Below, piece after piece: positions 10,215-19,724 of a stretch of 64,000 nt of DNA; within the stretch, counting starts at the first letter, position 1, and each line of letters starts with the position of its first letter. The position numbers and the translations under genes were made by a program. The notes under the pieces are model-generated. The model saw nothing but the letters and a program-made list of their open reading frames with translations, did no database searches and was not told the origin of the DNA. The stretch comes from an uncultured Burkholderiales bacterium (GTDB lineage: Bacteria; Pseudomonadota; Gammaproteobacteria; Burkholderiales; Burkholderiaceae_D): positions 12,050 to 76,049 of the forward strand of contig CAILRJ010000104.1 in assembly GCA_903836575.1 (NCBI GenBank), in the 5' to 3' direction.

Positions 10215-11726
10215 ATGCCCGCGCTAGCTCTCGACAGTTACAAGATGGTGGTGACGATACTGCTTTTGCTGATAGGCGGGACTGTCTCAGCGCAGCAGCT
10301 CGACGAAGTCGATGCCCGGTTTTTTTTGTTGCGTACCGGCTTTGCTCCTGATCATGCCGAGGTTGCCCGCTACAGCCGGCTATCGCGGGAACAGGCCGTG
10401 GAGCAGGTGCTCGCTGAAACGCGCACCACCGCAGCCACTGCAGTCCCCGGATGGCTTGATGAGCCGCCCATCTCCTATCTGCATTTCAAGGACAAATCTG
10501 ACGACGAGAAAAAGACGCTGCGCGAACTCGAGCAGCGCCACGCTTTTGAATTGCGTGGATGGTGGTTGCGCGAAATGTTATTCACACCGACGCCGCTGAC
10601 CGAGCGTATGACTTTGTTCTGGCACAACCACTTTACGTCCAGTCAGCAAAAGGTCCGGTCAACCTCTCTGATGTACCGGCAAAATAGTTTGTTTCGCCAG
10701 CAGGCGCTGGGCAACTTTGGCAACTTGCTGCATGCAATCGGACGCGATCCGGCGATGCTGCTTTACCTCGACAATTCCAGTAATCGCAAAGGCGCTCCGA
10801 ACGAAAATTTTGCCCGCGAAGTGATGGAATTGTTCACGCTTGGCGAGGGTCAATACAATGAGCAGGATGTCAAGGAAGCGGCCAGGGCATTGACCGGCTG
10901 GAGCGTCGAGCGCGACACCGGCGAATTCAGAAGCAGGCCCGATGCGCACGACATGGGCAGCAAAACCGTCCTCGGTGTGAGCGGTAATTTCGATGGCGAT
11001 GCGATGTTCGACATCCTGCTGGCACAGCCGGTTTGCGCCGAGTACGTCGTTGCCAAGCTCTGGCGCGAATTCATTTCGCCACGTCCAGATCCGCGCGAGG
11101 TCAAGCGGATTGCCAGACAGTTTCGCGATAGTCGCTACGACATCAAGACCGCCTTGCGCGGGCTCTTTCTTGCGCCAGCTTTCTGGGAGGCGAGCAATCG
11201 CGCCACGCTGGTGAAGTCACCGGTCGAGCTGGTAGTTGGTACGCTGCGACAGTTTCACTTCAGTTACGACGATCCGCTGCCGTTCACCTTTGCGGTCGGA
11301 CAACTGGGCCAGAATCTGTTTAATCCACCCAATGTAAAGGGCTGGCCGGGTGGCGATGCATGGATTAACAGCACGACGCTGCTGGCCCGCAAGGCCGTGC
11401 TGGAGCGATTGTTTCGCGCCACCGAGCAGCCGGCTGCGAGAGCACGCGTGCTGATGCAGGACGGTACCAGACTCCCTGGCCAGCAAGCGCTCGGACGCGA
11501 GGGCAAGATCCAGTTTGCCAATGCAGTGACAAGGATAAGCTTCGACCCACATGCGTGGCTGGCCGGGTTCGGCAGCGACGACGCGCTCGTTCCCGATTTG
11601 CGGCAGCGCCTGGCAATCCAGCGAGCCGTGCTGGCAGGGGAACCAAGTATGCCTACCAACGTTGCCTTGCATGGCTCCGCCTATTTGCGCAGTCTGGTGA
11701 TGGATCCGGTCTATCAATTGAAATGA
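10215..11726 (+). CDS. DUF1800 domain-containing protein
   Basis: N-terminal hydrophobic/signal segment, a FLLRTGFAP motif, WHNHF, and ENFAREVMELFTLG, all characteristic of DUF1800. It always pairs with DUF1501. An alternative start lies at 10245. Confidence 0.85.
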   Translation: MPALALDSYKMVVTILLLLIGGTVSAQQLDEVDARFFLLRTGFAPDHAEVARYSRLSREQAVEQVLAETRTTAATAVPGWLDEPPISYLHFKDKSDDEKKTLRELEQRHAFELRGWWLREMLFTPTPLTERMTLFWHNHFTSSQQKVRSTSLMYRQNSLFRQQALGNFGNLLHAIGRDPAMLLYLDNSSNRKGAPNENFAREVMELFTLGEGQYNEQDVKEAARALTGWSVERDTGEFRSRPDAHDMGSKTVLGVSGNFDGDAMFDILLAQPVCAEYVVAKLWREFISPRPDPREVKRIARQFRDSRYDIKTALRGLFLAPAFWEASNRATLVKSPVELVVGTLRQFHFSYDDPLPFTFAVGQLGQNLFNPPNVKGWPGGDAWINSTTLLARKAVLERLFRATEQPAARARVLMQDGTRLPGQQALGREGKIQFANAVTRISFDPHAWLAGFGSDDALVPDLRQRLAIQRAVLAGEPSMPTNVALHGSAYLRSLVMDPVYQLK

Positions 11727-11740
11727 ACAATCTCTGAAAG

Positions 11741-12922
11741 ATGGCGATGCAACGACGCGATTTTCTGCAATTTTCCGCCGGGCTGGGTGTCGCGTTTTTT
11801 GCCCCGACGCTGGCGCTGGCCGGCACCCTGCCGGCGTATCGTAATTTGCTGATCCTGGTCGAACTCAAGGGTGGTAATGATGGCCTCAACATGGTCGTGC
11901 CCTACGCTGATCCGGCCTATTACGCGCTGCGGCCGCGCATCGCTATCAAACGCGACGAGGTCTTGCAACTCGATGCGGTAACTGGCCTGCATCCGTCTTT
12001 GCGGGCGCTGATGCCGTTGTGGCAGGACCGGCAACTGGCGATCTTGCAGGGCGTCGGCTATCCGCAACCAAACCTGTCACACTTTCGCTCGATCGAGATT
12101 TGGGACACCGCGTCGCGTTCGGATCAAACACTGCAGCAAGGCTGGCTGACACGCGTGTTTGCGCGCCATCCCACACCGGCGGCATTCAGTGCCGACGGCA
12201 TACTTATCGGCAGTCAGGAACTGGGACCGCTGGCCGGCGGTTCCCGTGCGGTAGCGCTGTCGAGTACCGATCAGTTCCTCGGTAATGCCCGCCTTGCGAT
12301 GCCGGCCAACGCCCACGGCAATGCCGCGCTGGAGCACCTGATGAAAGTCGAAACGGATATCGTCAAGGCCGCTGACGGCATGAAGCCAACGCAGGGCAAG
12401 ATCGTCTTGCAGACCGTGTTTCCGAAGGGTGCTTTCGGCGATGTCGTCAGGACTGCCGCGCAGGTAATCGGCAATGCCGAACAAACCGGCAAGCCCGTAG
12501 CCGTGCTGCGCCTGACGCTGGGGAGCTTTGATACGCACCAGAACCAGAACGGCACGCAAGCCGGACTACTGACTCAGCTCGGCGAAGGATTGGTCGCCTT
12601 GAAGTCTGCGCTGATCGAACTCAATTGCTGGGACTCCACCGTCATTTCAACCTATTCGGAGTTTGGTCGTCGCCCCCGGGAAAACCAGTCCGGAGGCACC
12701 GATCACGGTACGGCGTCCGCCCATTTCGTATTGGGTGGACGTGTCAACGGCGGACTACTTGGCGCAGCACCACAGCTCAATCGCCTGGACGGCAACGGCA
12801 ACCTCGGTCATGCGATTGATTTCCGGTCGGTCTACGCGAGCCTGATCCGGCAATGCTGGTCGATTGATGACAGCGATCTGGCTGGCGCCGGTGCCGGCGC
12901 GCTCGATCTGGTCCGTACCTGA
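11741..12922 (+). CDS. DUF1501 domain-containing protein (sulfatase/alkaline-phosphatase-like, Tat-exported)
   Basis: Twin-arginine signal MQRRDFLQFSAGLGVAFFAPTLALA. Also GGNDGLN, SFDTH and GTDHG motifs typical of DUF1501. Confidence 0.9.
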   Translation: MAMQRRDFLQFSAGLGVAFFAPTLALAGTLPAYRNLLILVELKGGNDGLNMVVPYADPAYYALRPRIAIKRDEVLQLDAVTGLHPSLRALMPLWQDRQLAILQGVGYPQPNLSHFRSIEIWDTASRSDQTLQQGWLTRVFARHPTPAAFSADGILIGSQELGPLAGGSRAVALSSTDQFLGNARLAMPANAHGNAALEHLMKVETDIVKAADGMKPTQGKIVLQTVFPKGAFGDVVRTAAQVIGNAEQTGKPVAVLRLTLGSFDTHQNQNGTQAGLLTQLGEGLVALKSALIELNCWDSTVISTYSEFGRRPRENQSGGTDHGTASAHFVLGGRVNGGLLGAAPQLNRLDGNGNLGHAIDFRSVYASLIRQCWSIDDSDLAGAGAGALDLVRT

Positions 12923-12932
12923 TCGAGGCCGA

Positions 12933-13349
12933 TTAATCGCGCACCTTGCCGCGCAAGGCCTTGATCGCGCCGCGCCCGGTTTTTGCGTCGACGCGTTTGC
13001 GTTGGGAGCTGCGCGTCGGCTTGGTGGCACGCCGCAAGGTCTGGACAACCAGCGTTTGCTGGATCAACTCCTGTAACCGGCGCAGTGCTTCAGCCTTGCT
13101 TTGATTCTGACTGCGGCCGTTCTGCGCCTTGATGATGATCACGCCATCGCGGGTGATGCGCTGGTCATTTAGTGCCAGCAAACGCTCGCGACAATATTCC
13201 GGCAGCGACGACGTTTTGATGTTGAAGCGCAAATGAATCGCCGTGGCGACCTTGTTGACGTTTTGTCCGCCGGGTCCCTGGGCGCGGATGGCGGTCAGTT
13301 CGATTTCGCTCAACGGCAGGCTGATGTAATCGGTAATTTCCAGGTTCAT
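12933..13349 (-). CDS. arfB: alternative ribosome-rescue factor ArfB (peptidyl-tRNA hydrolase, YaeJ)
   Basis: 138 aa with the GGQ motif (GPGGQNVNKVATAIHLRF) and a basic C-terminal tail. Confidence 0.9.
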   Translation of the reverse strand: MNLEITDYISLPLSEIELTAIRAQGPGGQNVNKVATAIHLRFNIKTSSLPEYCRERLLALNDQRITRDGVIIIKAQNGRSQNQSKAEALRRLQELIQQTLVVQTLRRATKPTRSSQRKRVDAKTGRGAIKALRGKVRD

Positions 13350-13371
13350 GAAAGGCAGTTCGCTGGCAGTG

Positions 13372-14187
13372 TCATCGTGATGCCGCCAGCCTACTCGTCG
13401 CGGCGGCCAGTTGTTCGTACAGGTTCCCGTAAGCCGCGTCCCATTGCTGAACTCCCTGCAACTGGCACGCGACCGTCGCGGTATCGCCGCGCGCGATCGG
13501 GCCGGTTAGCGCGCTTGCCGGCCCCAGTCGACCGACATTCTCGACGGTTTCAAGTGCCAGAGGAGTAATTAATTCGAGAGCAACCTCGGCCGGTATTCCG
13601 GCTGCGACATAAGCCTGTTGCGCCACCGAAAGAACGCTGACGAGATAATTCGATGCGAAGACAGCCGCAGCATGGTAAAGCGTTTTTGATTCAGCCCGGA
13701 TCGGGATTAATCGGGCTCCGGTCAGCGCCAGCAGCGGCGTGAGTATCGCCATAGCTTCGGGATCGCCTTCCATACCACAGCATGTTCCGGCGAAGCTGGC
13801 TGCAACAGTTTCCGGATCGGCGAAGCTGCGGATTGGATGAATGCTGGCAACAGCAGCGCCGGTTGCCGCAACGGCGTTCAATATCCCCGAATTCAGTGCG
13901 CCGCTGCAATGGAAAACTACGCTACCAGGTCCTGCGCGTCCACTGGCGGCGAGCTGCTTGCTGCACATCGCAATCTGGTCATCAGGCACGGCCAGCAAAA
14001 ATACCGCCGCTGGCATGAGCTGGTCGAATGCGTCCACCGCGCGTCCCGCACCGATGAAATCCGCAGCGCGCTGAGAGCTTGCTTGCGAGCGATTCAGGAT
14101 GTCGGCAATCGTCACCGCTCCCTTTGCATTAAGAACCCGTGCCAGTGTTTTTCCGAGACGACCGGCGCCAAGAATGGTCAATCTCAT
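13372..14187 (-). CDS. Rossmann-fold NAD(P)-binding / DUF2520 domain protein
   Basis: Trimmed to MRLTILGAGRLGKTLARVL (GxGxxG). The C-terminal part is DUF2520-like (LTGPIARGD). A TTG at 14205, closer to a GGAGG, is an alternative start. Confidence 0.8.
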   Translation of the reverse strand: MRLTILGAGRLGKTLARVLNAKGAVTIADILNRSQASSQRAADFIGAGRAVDAFDQLMPAAVFLLAVPDDQIAMCSKQLAASGRAGPGSVVFHCSGALNSGILNAVAATGAAVASIHPIRSFADPETVAASFAGTCCGMEGDPEAMAILTPLLALTGARLIPIRAESKTLYHAAAVFASNYLVSVLSVAQQAYVAAGIPAEVALELITPLALETVENVGRLGPASALTGPIARGDTATVACQLQGVQQWDAAYGNLYEQLAAATSRLAASR

Positions 14188-14315
14188 CGTGTGTGGTGTG
14201 TTCAATCGGCCTCCTTTTTTGTCGCACTTAGTGTAGCGCAGCCGCATGGAACTGGTGCTTGCGGGTGAACACCAATAGGCAGGAATGTTATCCGTCAACT
14301 GGTCAGGAGAGCGTC

Positions 14316-14561
14316 ATGGCACTGGTTTCGAACCCACGTTCTTCTACTACCGCAGCCACATTGACTACCCCTATTGGCGACGTTTCCGTGTCGTGCCTCA
14401 ATGCCTGGAACAACACATCGTTTTCACAGCTCTGTTTGCGCAAATCGGACTCCGAGCTAACGATGCTGTCGCAGAGCAGCGATCTCAATGCCGATAAACG
14501 GACGATTGCGGCGCGCATGCAGGACCGACTTTTTAAAGAAGTAACGGGCAACCAGGTGTGA
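14316..14561 (+). CDS. hypothetical small protein (orphan)
   Basis: 81-aa ORF from the ATG at 14316, preceded by an AGGAGA RBS 5 nt upstream. It lies in an AT-richer islet. An antisense ORF (14303-14650) competes with it. I recognise no family. Confidence 0.4.
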   Translation: MALVSNPRSSTTAATLTTPIGDVSVSCLNAWNNTSFSQLCLRKSDSELTMLSQSSDLNADKRTIAARMQDRLFKEVTGNQV

Positions 14562-14649
14562 TCTGCATGCTTACGGGTTCCTGACGCAAGCCGCGCAGAA
14601 GAAATAAAGCGAGCTATTTCATCGATATGTAACGACAACGGAGAAGACA

Positions 14650-14976
14650 ATGACCACGAATGTAACGCTTAACACGACCAGCATAGTAACCGGAACGCCA
14701 TCGGATAATAAGGGGTCAGGCAAGTTCTCATTGAAGGATCTGAAGGAACTATTAGCGCTGCTAAGGCAGCTGAGTCCAAATAGTAAAGACGATACGACCG
14801 ATGAATCTGATGAATCATCGGAGCCGGGTACGACTGACGATGCAACGACAAAAATGTTAAAAAAGTTACTTGAGTCGTTGCAAACGGGTGAGGATACGAA
14901 GGCACATCACCGCAAGGGGCATCATGCGAAAGGGCACCCTGCCGATGACTCAACTATGACGCAGTTCACCATCTAA
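14650..14976 (+). CDS. hypothetical small acidic S/T/D-rich protein with a His-rich tail (orphan)
   Basis: 108-aa ORF with a GGAGA RBS, followed by a strong hairpin terminator at 14994-15024. It contains repeated amphipathic LKELLALLRQL / MLKKLLESLQT motifs and the tail HHRKGHHAKGH. Confidence 0.5.
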   Translation: MTTNVTLNTTSIVTGTPSDNKGSGKFSLKDLKELLALLRQLSPNSKDDTTDESDESSEPGTTDDATTKMLKKLLESLQTGEDTKAHHRKGHHAKGHPADDSTMTQFTI

Positions 14977-14993
14977 TCCGGGGCCTGTCCGTG

Positions 14994-15024
14994 CCGGTCA
15001 CGACAAGCGAGTCGTGACCGGCAT
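14994..15024 (+). terminator. hairpin terminator after the small-ORF pair
   Basis: TGCCGGTCACGA-loop-TCGTGACCGGCA is a perfect 12-bp stem followed by TTTGG. Confidence 0.6.
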
Positions 15025-15171
15025 TTGGCGCTCATGCCATGAGCCACCTTCGGTTCGCCAGCTTCACCGGCCAGTCGCACCGCCAAACTCACTTGCAGCT
15101 CGGTAGATGAATGATCCTGAAGGTATAACAATCCTACCGGGGTTTTTTCGAGTGCGCCGACCCTGGCATTG

Positions 15172-17157
15172 TCAGGCGATCTGTTCGAGTGCTTCCTGCT
15201 GCTCGATCCACTGAGCTTCCAGTTCGGTCAGTTCCTTTTTGAAATACGCCTGATCAGTCAGTAGCGTTTTTAACTCTTTTTTGTTGGCGCTATCGTAGAC
15301 TTCCGGATTGGCCAGTCGTTCGTCAATAGCGGCTTTTTGCGCGGTGCGTTTGGCGATCTGCTCTTCGAGTTTTTTCAGTTTGTTCTCGAGCGGCTTCTTG
15401 CGCGCAGCGAGCTTCTGGCGCTCTTCGGCTTCGGCACGTTTCTGATCCTTGTTCGGCGCGGCCACTGTTGGCGGCGCAATAATGCTGGCCGATTTGGTGG
15501 TCACGGTCGGCAGGGCGGTACCGATCGCATTATTCTTGGTGGCCAGTTTGGTCTTGAAAAGCCAGTCCTTGTAATCGTCAAGATCGCCATCGAAGGGCTG
15601 CAATTTTCCTTCGGCGACGATGATGAATTCGTCGGTCGTGGCGCGCAGCAAATGGCGATCATGCGACACCACCACCAGCGTGCCTTCGAACTGCGCCAGT
15701 GCCATCGTCAGGGCTTCGCGGGTTTCCAGATCCAGATGGTTGGTCGGCTCATCGAGCAGCAGCAGATTAGGCCGCTGCCAGACGATCAGGGCCAGCGCCA
15801 GACGGGCTTTTTCGCCACCGGAAAACGGTGCGATTTTACTGGTGACCATGGGGCCGTTGAAGTTGAAGCTGCCGAGGAAGTTGCGCAGTTCCTGTTCGCG
15901 TACGGTCGGTGCAATGTGCGCCAGATGCCACAGCGGCGATTCTTCGTGGCGCAGCATTTCAACCTGGTGCTGGGCGAAATAACCGATGGCCAGGCCCTTG
16001 CCGAACTGGGCATCGCCCGACAGCGGCATCAGTTCACCGGCGATGGTCTTGATCAGCGTTGATTTGCCGGCACCGTTGACGCCAAGCAAGCCGATCCGCT
16101 GGCCGATCTGCAGTGAAAATTTGATGTCCGAGACAATCGTCTTGGTTTCAACGGTATGGTCGGTCTGGCTCTCGATACGGTAGCCGGCATCGACGTTTTC
16201 CATCGTCAGCAACGGGTTCGGTGCGCTGGCCGGCTCGCGAAATTCAAAGGAAAATTCTGCGGCGGCGCGCAACGGTGCGAGCTCATCCATCTTGGCCAGT
16301 GCCTTCATCCGGCTTTGCGCCTGACGTGCCTTGCTGGCCTGGGCCTTGAAGCGGTTGATGAACGACTCGAGGTGCGAGCGCTGGCGCTGCTGCTTTTCGA
16401 GCGTGCCGGCCGCGAGGATCATTTGCGCGGCGCGCTGGCGCTCGAATGAACTGTAGTTGCCCGAGTAGCGCTTCAGTTTGCGCTCGTCGATATGCACGAT
16501 CACGTTGACCACGCCGTCAAGGAAATCGCGGTCATGGGAAATAATGATCAGCGTACCGGCGTAGCGCTTGAGCCAGTCTTCCAGCCAGATGATGGCGTCG
16601 AGGTCCAGATGGTTGGTTGGTTCATCGAGCAGCAGCAGGTCAGACGGACACATCAACGCTTGCGCCAGATTCAGGCGCATGCGCCAGCCGCCCGAAAAAC
16701 TCGCCACCGGCTGGTCCATCTGGGCCATTGAAAATCCCAGACCCGTGAGCAATTGCTCGCCGCGTGAACGCACTGTATAGGCATCGGCATCGGCCAGCGC
16801 GCTGTACAGGTCACCGATCAGCAAGCCGTTGGCTGAACTTTCCGGTTCGCTTTCCAGAAAGGCCAGCTCGTCTTCAAGCCGGCGCAACGTGATGTCGCCA
16901 TCGATGGCGTAGTCCAGCGCTGCGCGATCGAGCGCCGGGGTTTCCTGCGCGACATAGGCCATGCGCCATTTGGTCGGGTAGTCGATGCTGCCGAGGTCGG
17001 CATGCAGTTCGCCGCGTAACAGGCCGAACAGGCTGGACTTGCCGGCCCCATTGGCACCGATCAGGCCGATCTTGTCACCGGGATTGAGAGTGAGGTCGAC
17101 ATTGTCGAGCAACGGCTTGATGCCGCGCATCATGGAAACTTGCTGGAAACGAATCAT
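15172..17157 (-). CDS. ABC-F family ATPase (YheS-like translation factor type)
   Basis: Two ABC cassettes (GANGAGKSS and GVNGAGKST Walker A; LSGG signatures) joined by a charged linker, with a C-terminal coiled coil and no TM domain. Trimmed to MIRFQQVSMMRG at 17157. Confidence 0.9.
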   Translation of the reverse strand: MIRFQQVSMMRGIKPLLDNVDLTLNPGDKIGLIGANGAGKSSLFGLLRGELHADLGSIDYPTKWRMAYVAQETPALDRAALDYAIDGDITLRRLEDELAFLESEPESSANGLLIGDLYSALADADAYTVRSRGEQLLTGLGFSMAQMDQPVASFSGGWRMRLNLAQALMCPSDLLLLDEPTNHLDLDAIIWLEDWLKRYAGTLIIISHDRDFLDGVVNVIVHIDERKLKRYSGNYSSFERQRAAQMILAAGTLEKQQRQRSHLESFINRFKAQASKARQAQSRMKALAKMDELAPLRAAAEFSFEFREPASAPNPLLTMENVDAGYRIESQTDHTVETKTIVSDIKFSLQIGQRIGLLGVNGAGKSTLIKTIAGELMPLSGDAQFGKGLAIGYFAQHQVEMLRHEESPLWHLAHIAPTVREQELRNFLGSFNFNGPMVTSKIAPFSGGEKARLALALIVWQRPNLLLLDEPTNHLDLETREALTMALAQFEGTLVVVSHDRHLLRATTDEFIIVAEGKLQPFDGDLDDYKDWLFKTKLATKNNAIGTALPTVTTKSASIIAPPTVAAPNKDQKRAEAEERQKLAARKKPLENKLKKLEEQIAKRTAQKAAIDERLANPEVYDSANKKELKTLLTDQAYFKKELTELEAQWIEQQEALEQIA

Positions 17158-17265
17158 GGTTAATGCACTTGCGGGAGCGTGGAAACGCTCCCCTTTCTTG
17201 GGGTCGGGGGAGGAAAATTGCATTCGGCGAACGCGCAGTATACGCGATGCGGTCCGCCGGCAGCA

Positions 17266-18144
17266 TTAAAGCTTGTCGGCGGTAGCCAGAAAGACCATGT
17301 CATCACCGGCGCTGGTAGTCATCCAGGTCAGTTCCAGTGTCGGGAAGGCCTGCTCGGCATAGGGCCGTTCGTTGCCGATTTCAACTACCAGCAAGCCATT
17401 GCGGGTCAAACGCTCGCGTGCCCCGGCGACAATTTTGCGCACCAGATCCATGCCATCGGTGCCGCCGGCCAGCGCGATGCGTGGCTCGATCTGGTATTCC
17501 TTTGGCAGCTTGTCCATCGAAGCGCTATTGACGTACGGCGGGTTGGTAATGATCAGGTCGTATTTCTTGTCCGGCACTGCTGCGTACAAGTCCGATTCGA
17601 TCAGCGTGATGCGCTGCTGCAGATCGTAGTCGTCGACATTGCGCCGTGCCACGGCCAGCGCATCGGCAGAAATATCGACGGCGTCGACGTGCGCATTCGG
17701 AAACGCATCAGCCAGCATGATCGCCAGGCAACCGGACCCGGTACATAGTTCGAGGATGTTGAGCACGCCATCGGCATTGCTGACCCAGGGTGAAAACTGA
17801 TCCGGGATCAGCTCGGCGATGAACGAGCGCGGTACCAGTACGCGCTCATCAACGTAGAAATGGTAGTCGGCCAGCCAGGCCTGATTGGTGATGTAGGCGG
17901 CCGGCTGGCGCTCTACGGCGCGGCGCTGAATTACGTCGAGCAGCGCGTTGATTTCATCGGGCAGCAGACGCGCATCGAGGAAGGGATCGAGTTTATCGAG
18001 TGGCAGGTGCAAGGTATGCAAGATCAGATAGGCCGCTTCATCAAGGGCGTTGCTGCTGCCATGGCCGAAAAATAGCTTGGCTTCATTGAAGCGGGTGACG
18101 GCATAGCGCAGCATGTCGCGGATGGTGGAGAAATTGTCGGTCAT
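17266..18144 (-). CDS. prmB: 50S ribosomal protein L3 N5-glutamine methyltransferase
   Basis: HemK/PrmB family. It has the NPPY motif (IITNPPYV), SAM-binding LELCTGSGCLAI, and a PrmB-type N-terminus (RDMLRYAVTRFNEA.L.FGHG). Confidence 0.9.
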   Translation of the reverse strand: MTDNFSTIRDMLRYAVTRFNEAKLFFGHGSSNALDEAAYLILHTLHLPLDKLDPFLDARLLPDEINALLDVIQRRAVERQPAAYITNQAWLADYHFYVDERVLVPRSFIAELIPDQFSPWVSNADGVLNILELCTGSGCLAIMLADAFPNAHVDAVDISADALAVARRNVDDYDLQQRITLIESDLYAAVPDKKYDLIITNPPYVNSASMDKLPKEYQIEPRIALAGGTDGMDLVRKIVAGARERLTRNGLLVVEIGNERPYAEQAFPTLELTWMTTSAGDDMVFLATADKL

Positions 18145-18238
18145 TTGAACAGCTCGAAAAAAATAGGAATAGGGAAAACGGAAGAGCCCGGGAATGTGGG
18201 CACGCTTAGATCGTGCCCACGCTTTAGTGCACCGTCAA

Positions 18239-19366
18239 TCAGGTCAGCAGGTTTTCCAGCGTCTTGCGGTAGATGTTCTTCAACGGGTCGATGTAGCGTA
18301 CTTCAACATGTTCGTCGATCTTGTGGATGCTGCCATTGGGCGGACCGACCTCGATAACTTGCGGGCAAATCTGCGCGATGAAGCGACCATCCGAGGTACC
18401 ACCCGTGGTCGACAGTTCGGTCTTGAGCCCGGTCTCGGACTGGATCGCGGCGGTGATGGCATCGCTCAGCTCGCCGCGCGGGGTCAGGAACGGCAGGCCA
18501 CTGACGGTCCATTTCAGGCTGTATTCCAGACCATGGCGCGAGAGGATTTCCTGCACACGCTGCTGCAATCCTTCGACCGTACTGGCGGTCGAAAAACGGA
18601 AATTGAAATCAATCACCAGCTCGCCCGGAATCACGTTGGACACACCTGCACCGGCATGGATATTCGAGACCTGCCATGAGGTCGGCGAATAGTATTCGTT
18701 GGCCTCATCCCATTGTTCGGCGACCAGTTCGGCAATCGCTGGTGCAGCTTGATGAATCGGGTTGCGCGCCAGTTGCGGATAGGCGATGTGGCCTTGAATA
18801 CCATGCACGACCAGCCGGCCGGACATTGAACCGCGTCGACCATTCTTGATGGTGTCACCCAGCTGCTCTACCGCAGTTGGTTCACCGACGATGCAGTAGT
18901 CGAGCTGCTCGCCGCGTTCCTTGAGCACGTTGCAGACTACGATGGTGCCGTCGGTTGCGGGACCTTCTTCGTCGCTGGTAATCAGGAAGCCGATCGAGCC
19001 CTTGTGGTCCGGATGGCTGGTGACAAATTCGTCGACCGCAATGACCATCGCGGCAATCGAGGTTTTCATGTCGGCGGAACCGCGTCCGTACAACTTGCCA
19101 TCCCGGTGGGTCGGCACGAACGGCGGCGAAGTCCACTGGTCGAGCGGGCCGGTCGGTACGACGTCGGTGTGTCCGGCAAAGACCAGTAACGGTTGGGTCG
19201 TGCCTTTGCGCGCCCACAGGTTGGTCACATTGCCGGAGCGGATTGCTTCGCAGTGGAAGCCGAGGGGTTCCAGCAAAGCGATCAGGTGTTGTTGGCATCC
19301 GTTGTCTTCGGGTGTCACGGAAGAGAGCGCGATCAGATGCTCTGTCAGCGCCAGCGTTTTGCTCAT
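18239..19366 (-). CDS. dapE: succinyl-diaminopimelate desuccinylase
   Basis: M20 peptidase with a DapE-type sequence ([35 protein letters not shown]) within the dap cluster. Confidence 0.95.
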   Translation of the reverse strand: MSKTLALTEHLIALSSVTPEDNGCQQHLIALLEPLGFHCEAIRSGNVTNLWARKGTTQPLLVFAGHTDVVPTGPLDQWTSPPFVPTHRDGKLYGRGSADMKTSIAAMVIAVDEFVTSHPDHKGSIGFLITSDEEGPATDGTIVVCNVLKERGEQLDYCIVGEPTAVEQLGDTIKNGRRGSMSGRLVVHGIQGHIAYPQLARNPIHQAAPAIAELVAEQWDEANEYYSPTSWQVSNIHAGAGVSNVIPGELVIDFNFRFSTASTVEGLQQRVQEILSRHGLEYSLKWTVSGLPFLTPRGELSDAITAAIQSETGLKTELSTTGGTSDGRFIAQICPQVIEVGPPNGSIHKIDEHVEVRYIDPLKNIYRKTLENLLT

Positions 19367-19370
19367 GGGT

Positions 19371-19724
19371 TCATTTCTTGAAAATCTGTTGATAGGTGTC
19401 GTCGGTAAAACCGACGATTGTCTGTGTCGCCGTTACGAGTACGGGGCGCTTGATGATAGACGGATTTTCCAGCATCAGCATGATGGCACTGTTGACATCG
19501 ATGATGCTGGCCTTGCGCGCCTCATCGAGCCCGCGCCAGGTCGTACCCTTGCGATTGATCAGCACGTCCCATTCGACGCGTGTCAGCCAGCTCTCGATGG
19601 TGGGGCGATCGAGGCCGGCTTTCTTGAAGTCATGGAAGTGGAAATCGTGCTGCCGGTCAGTCAGCCAGGTGCGGGCTTTCTTGACGGTGTCGCAATTTGG
19701 AATGCCGTAAAGCCGTGTTGTCAT
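19371..19724 (-). CDS. ArsC/Spx-family reductase-like protein (YffB type)
   Basis: 117 aa starting [21 protein letters not shown], a thioredoxin-like ArsC fold signature. Its ATG overlaps the stop of the upstream pilU-like gene (ATGA). Confidence 0.85.
   Translation of the reverse strand: MTTRLYGIPNCDTVKKARTWLTDRQHDFHFHDFKKAGLDRPTIESWLTRVEWDVLINRKGTTWRGLDEARKASIIDVNSAIMLMLENPSIIKRPVLVTATQTIVGFTDDTYQQIFKK

Noticed and set aside
14490-14497. Perfect sigma-28 -10 element GCCGATAA, about 150 nt upstream of the second small ORF.
   Set aside because: No acceptable -35 element (TAAAGTTT/TCAAGT) lies at the required spacing. An 8-mer is expected about twice by chance in a window of this size.
14303-14650. 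115-aa minus-strand ORF overlapping the 81-aa small ORF.
   Set aside because: It has no RBS, and the plus-strand ORF has a good Shine-Dalgarno sequence and fits a two-gene unit closed by a terminator. I kept it only as an alternative in the finding.
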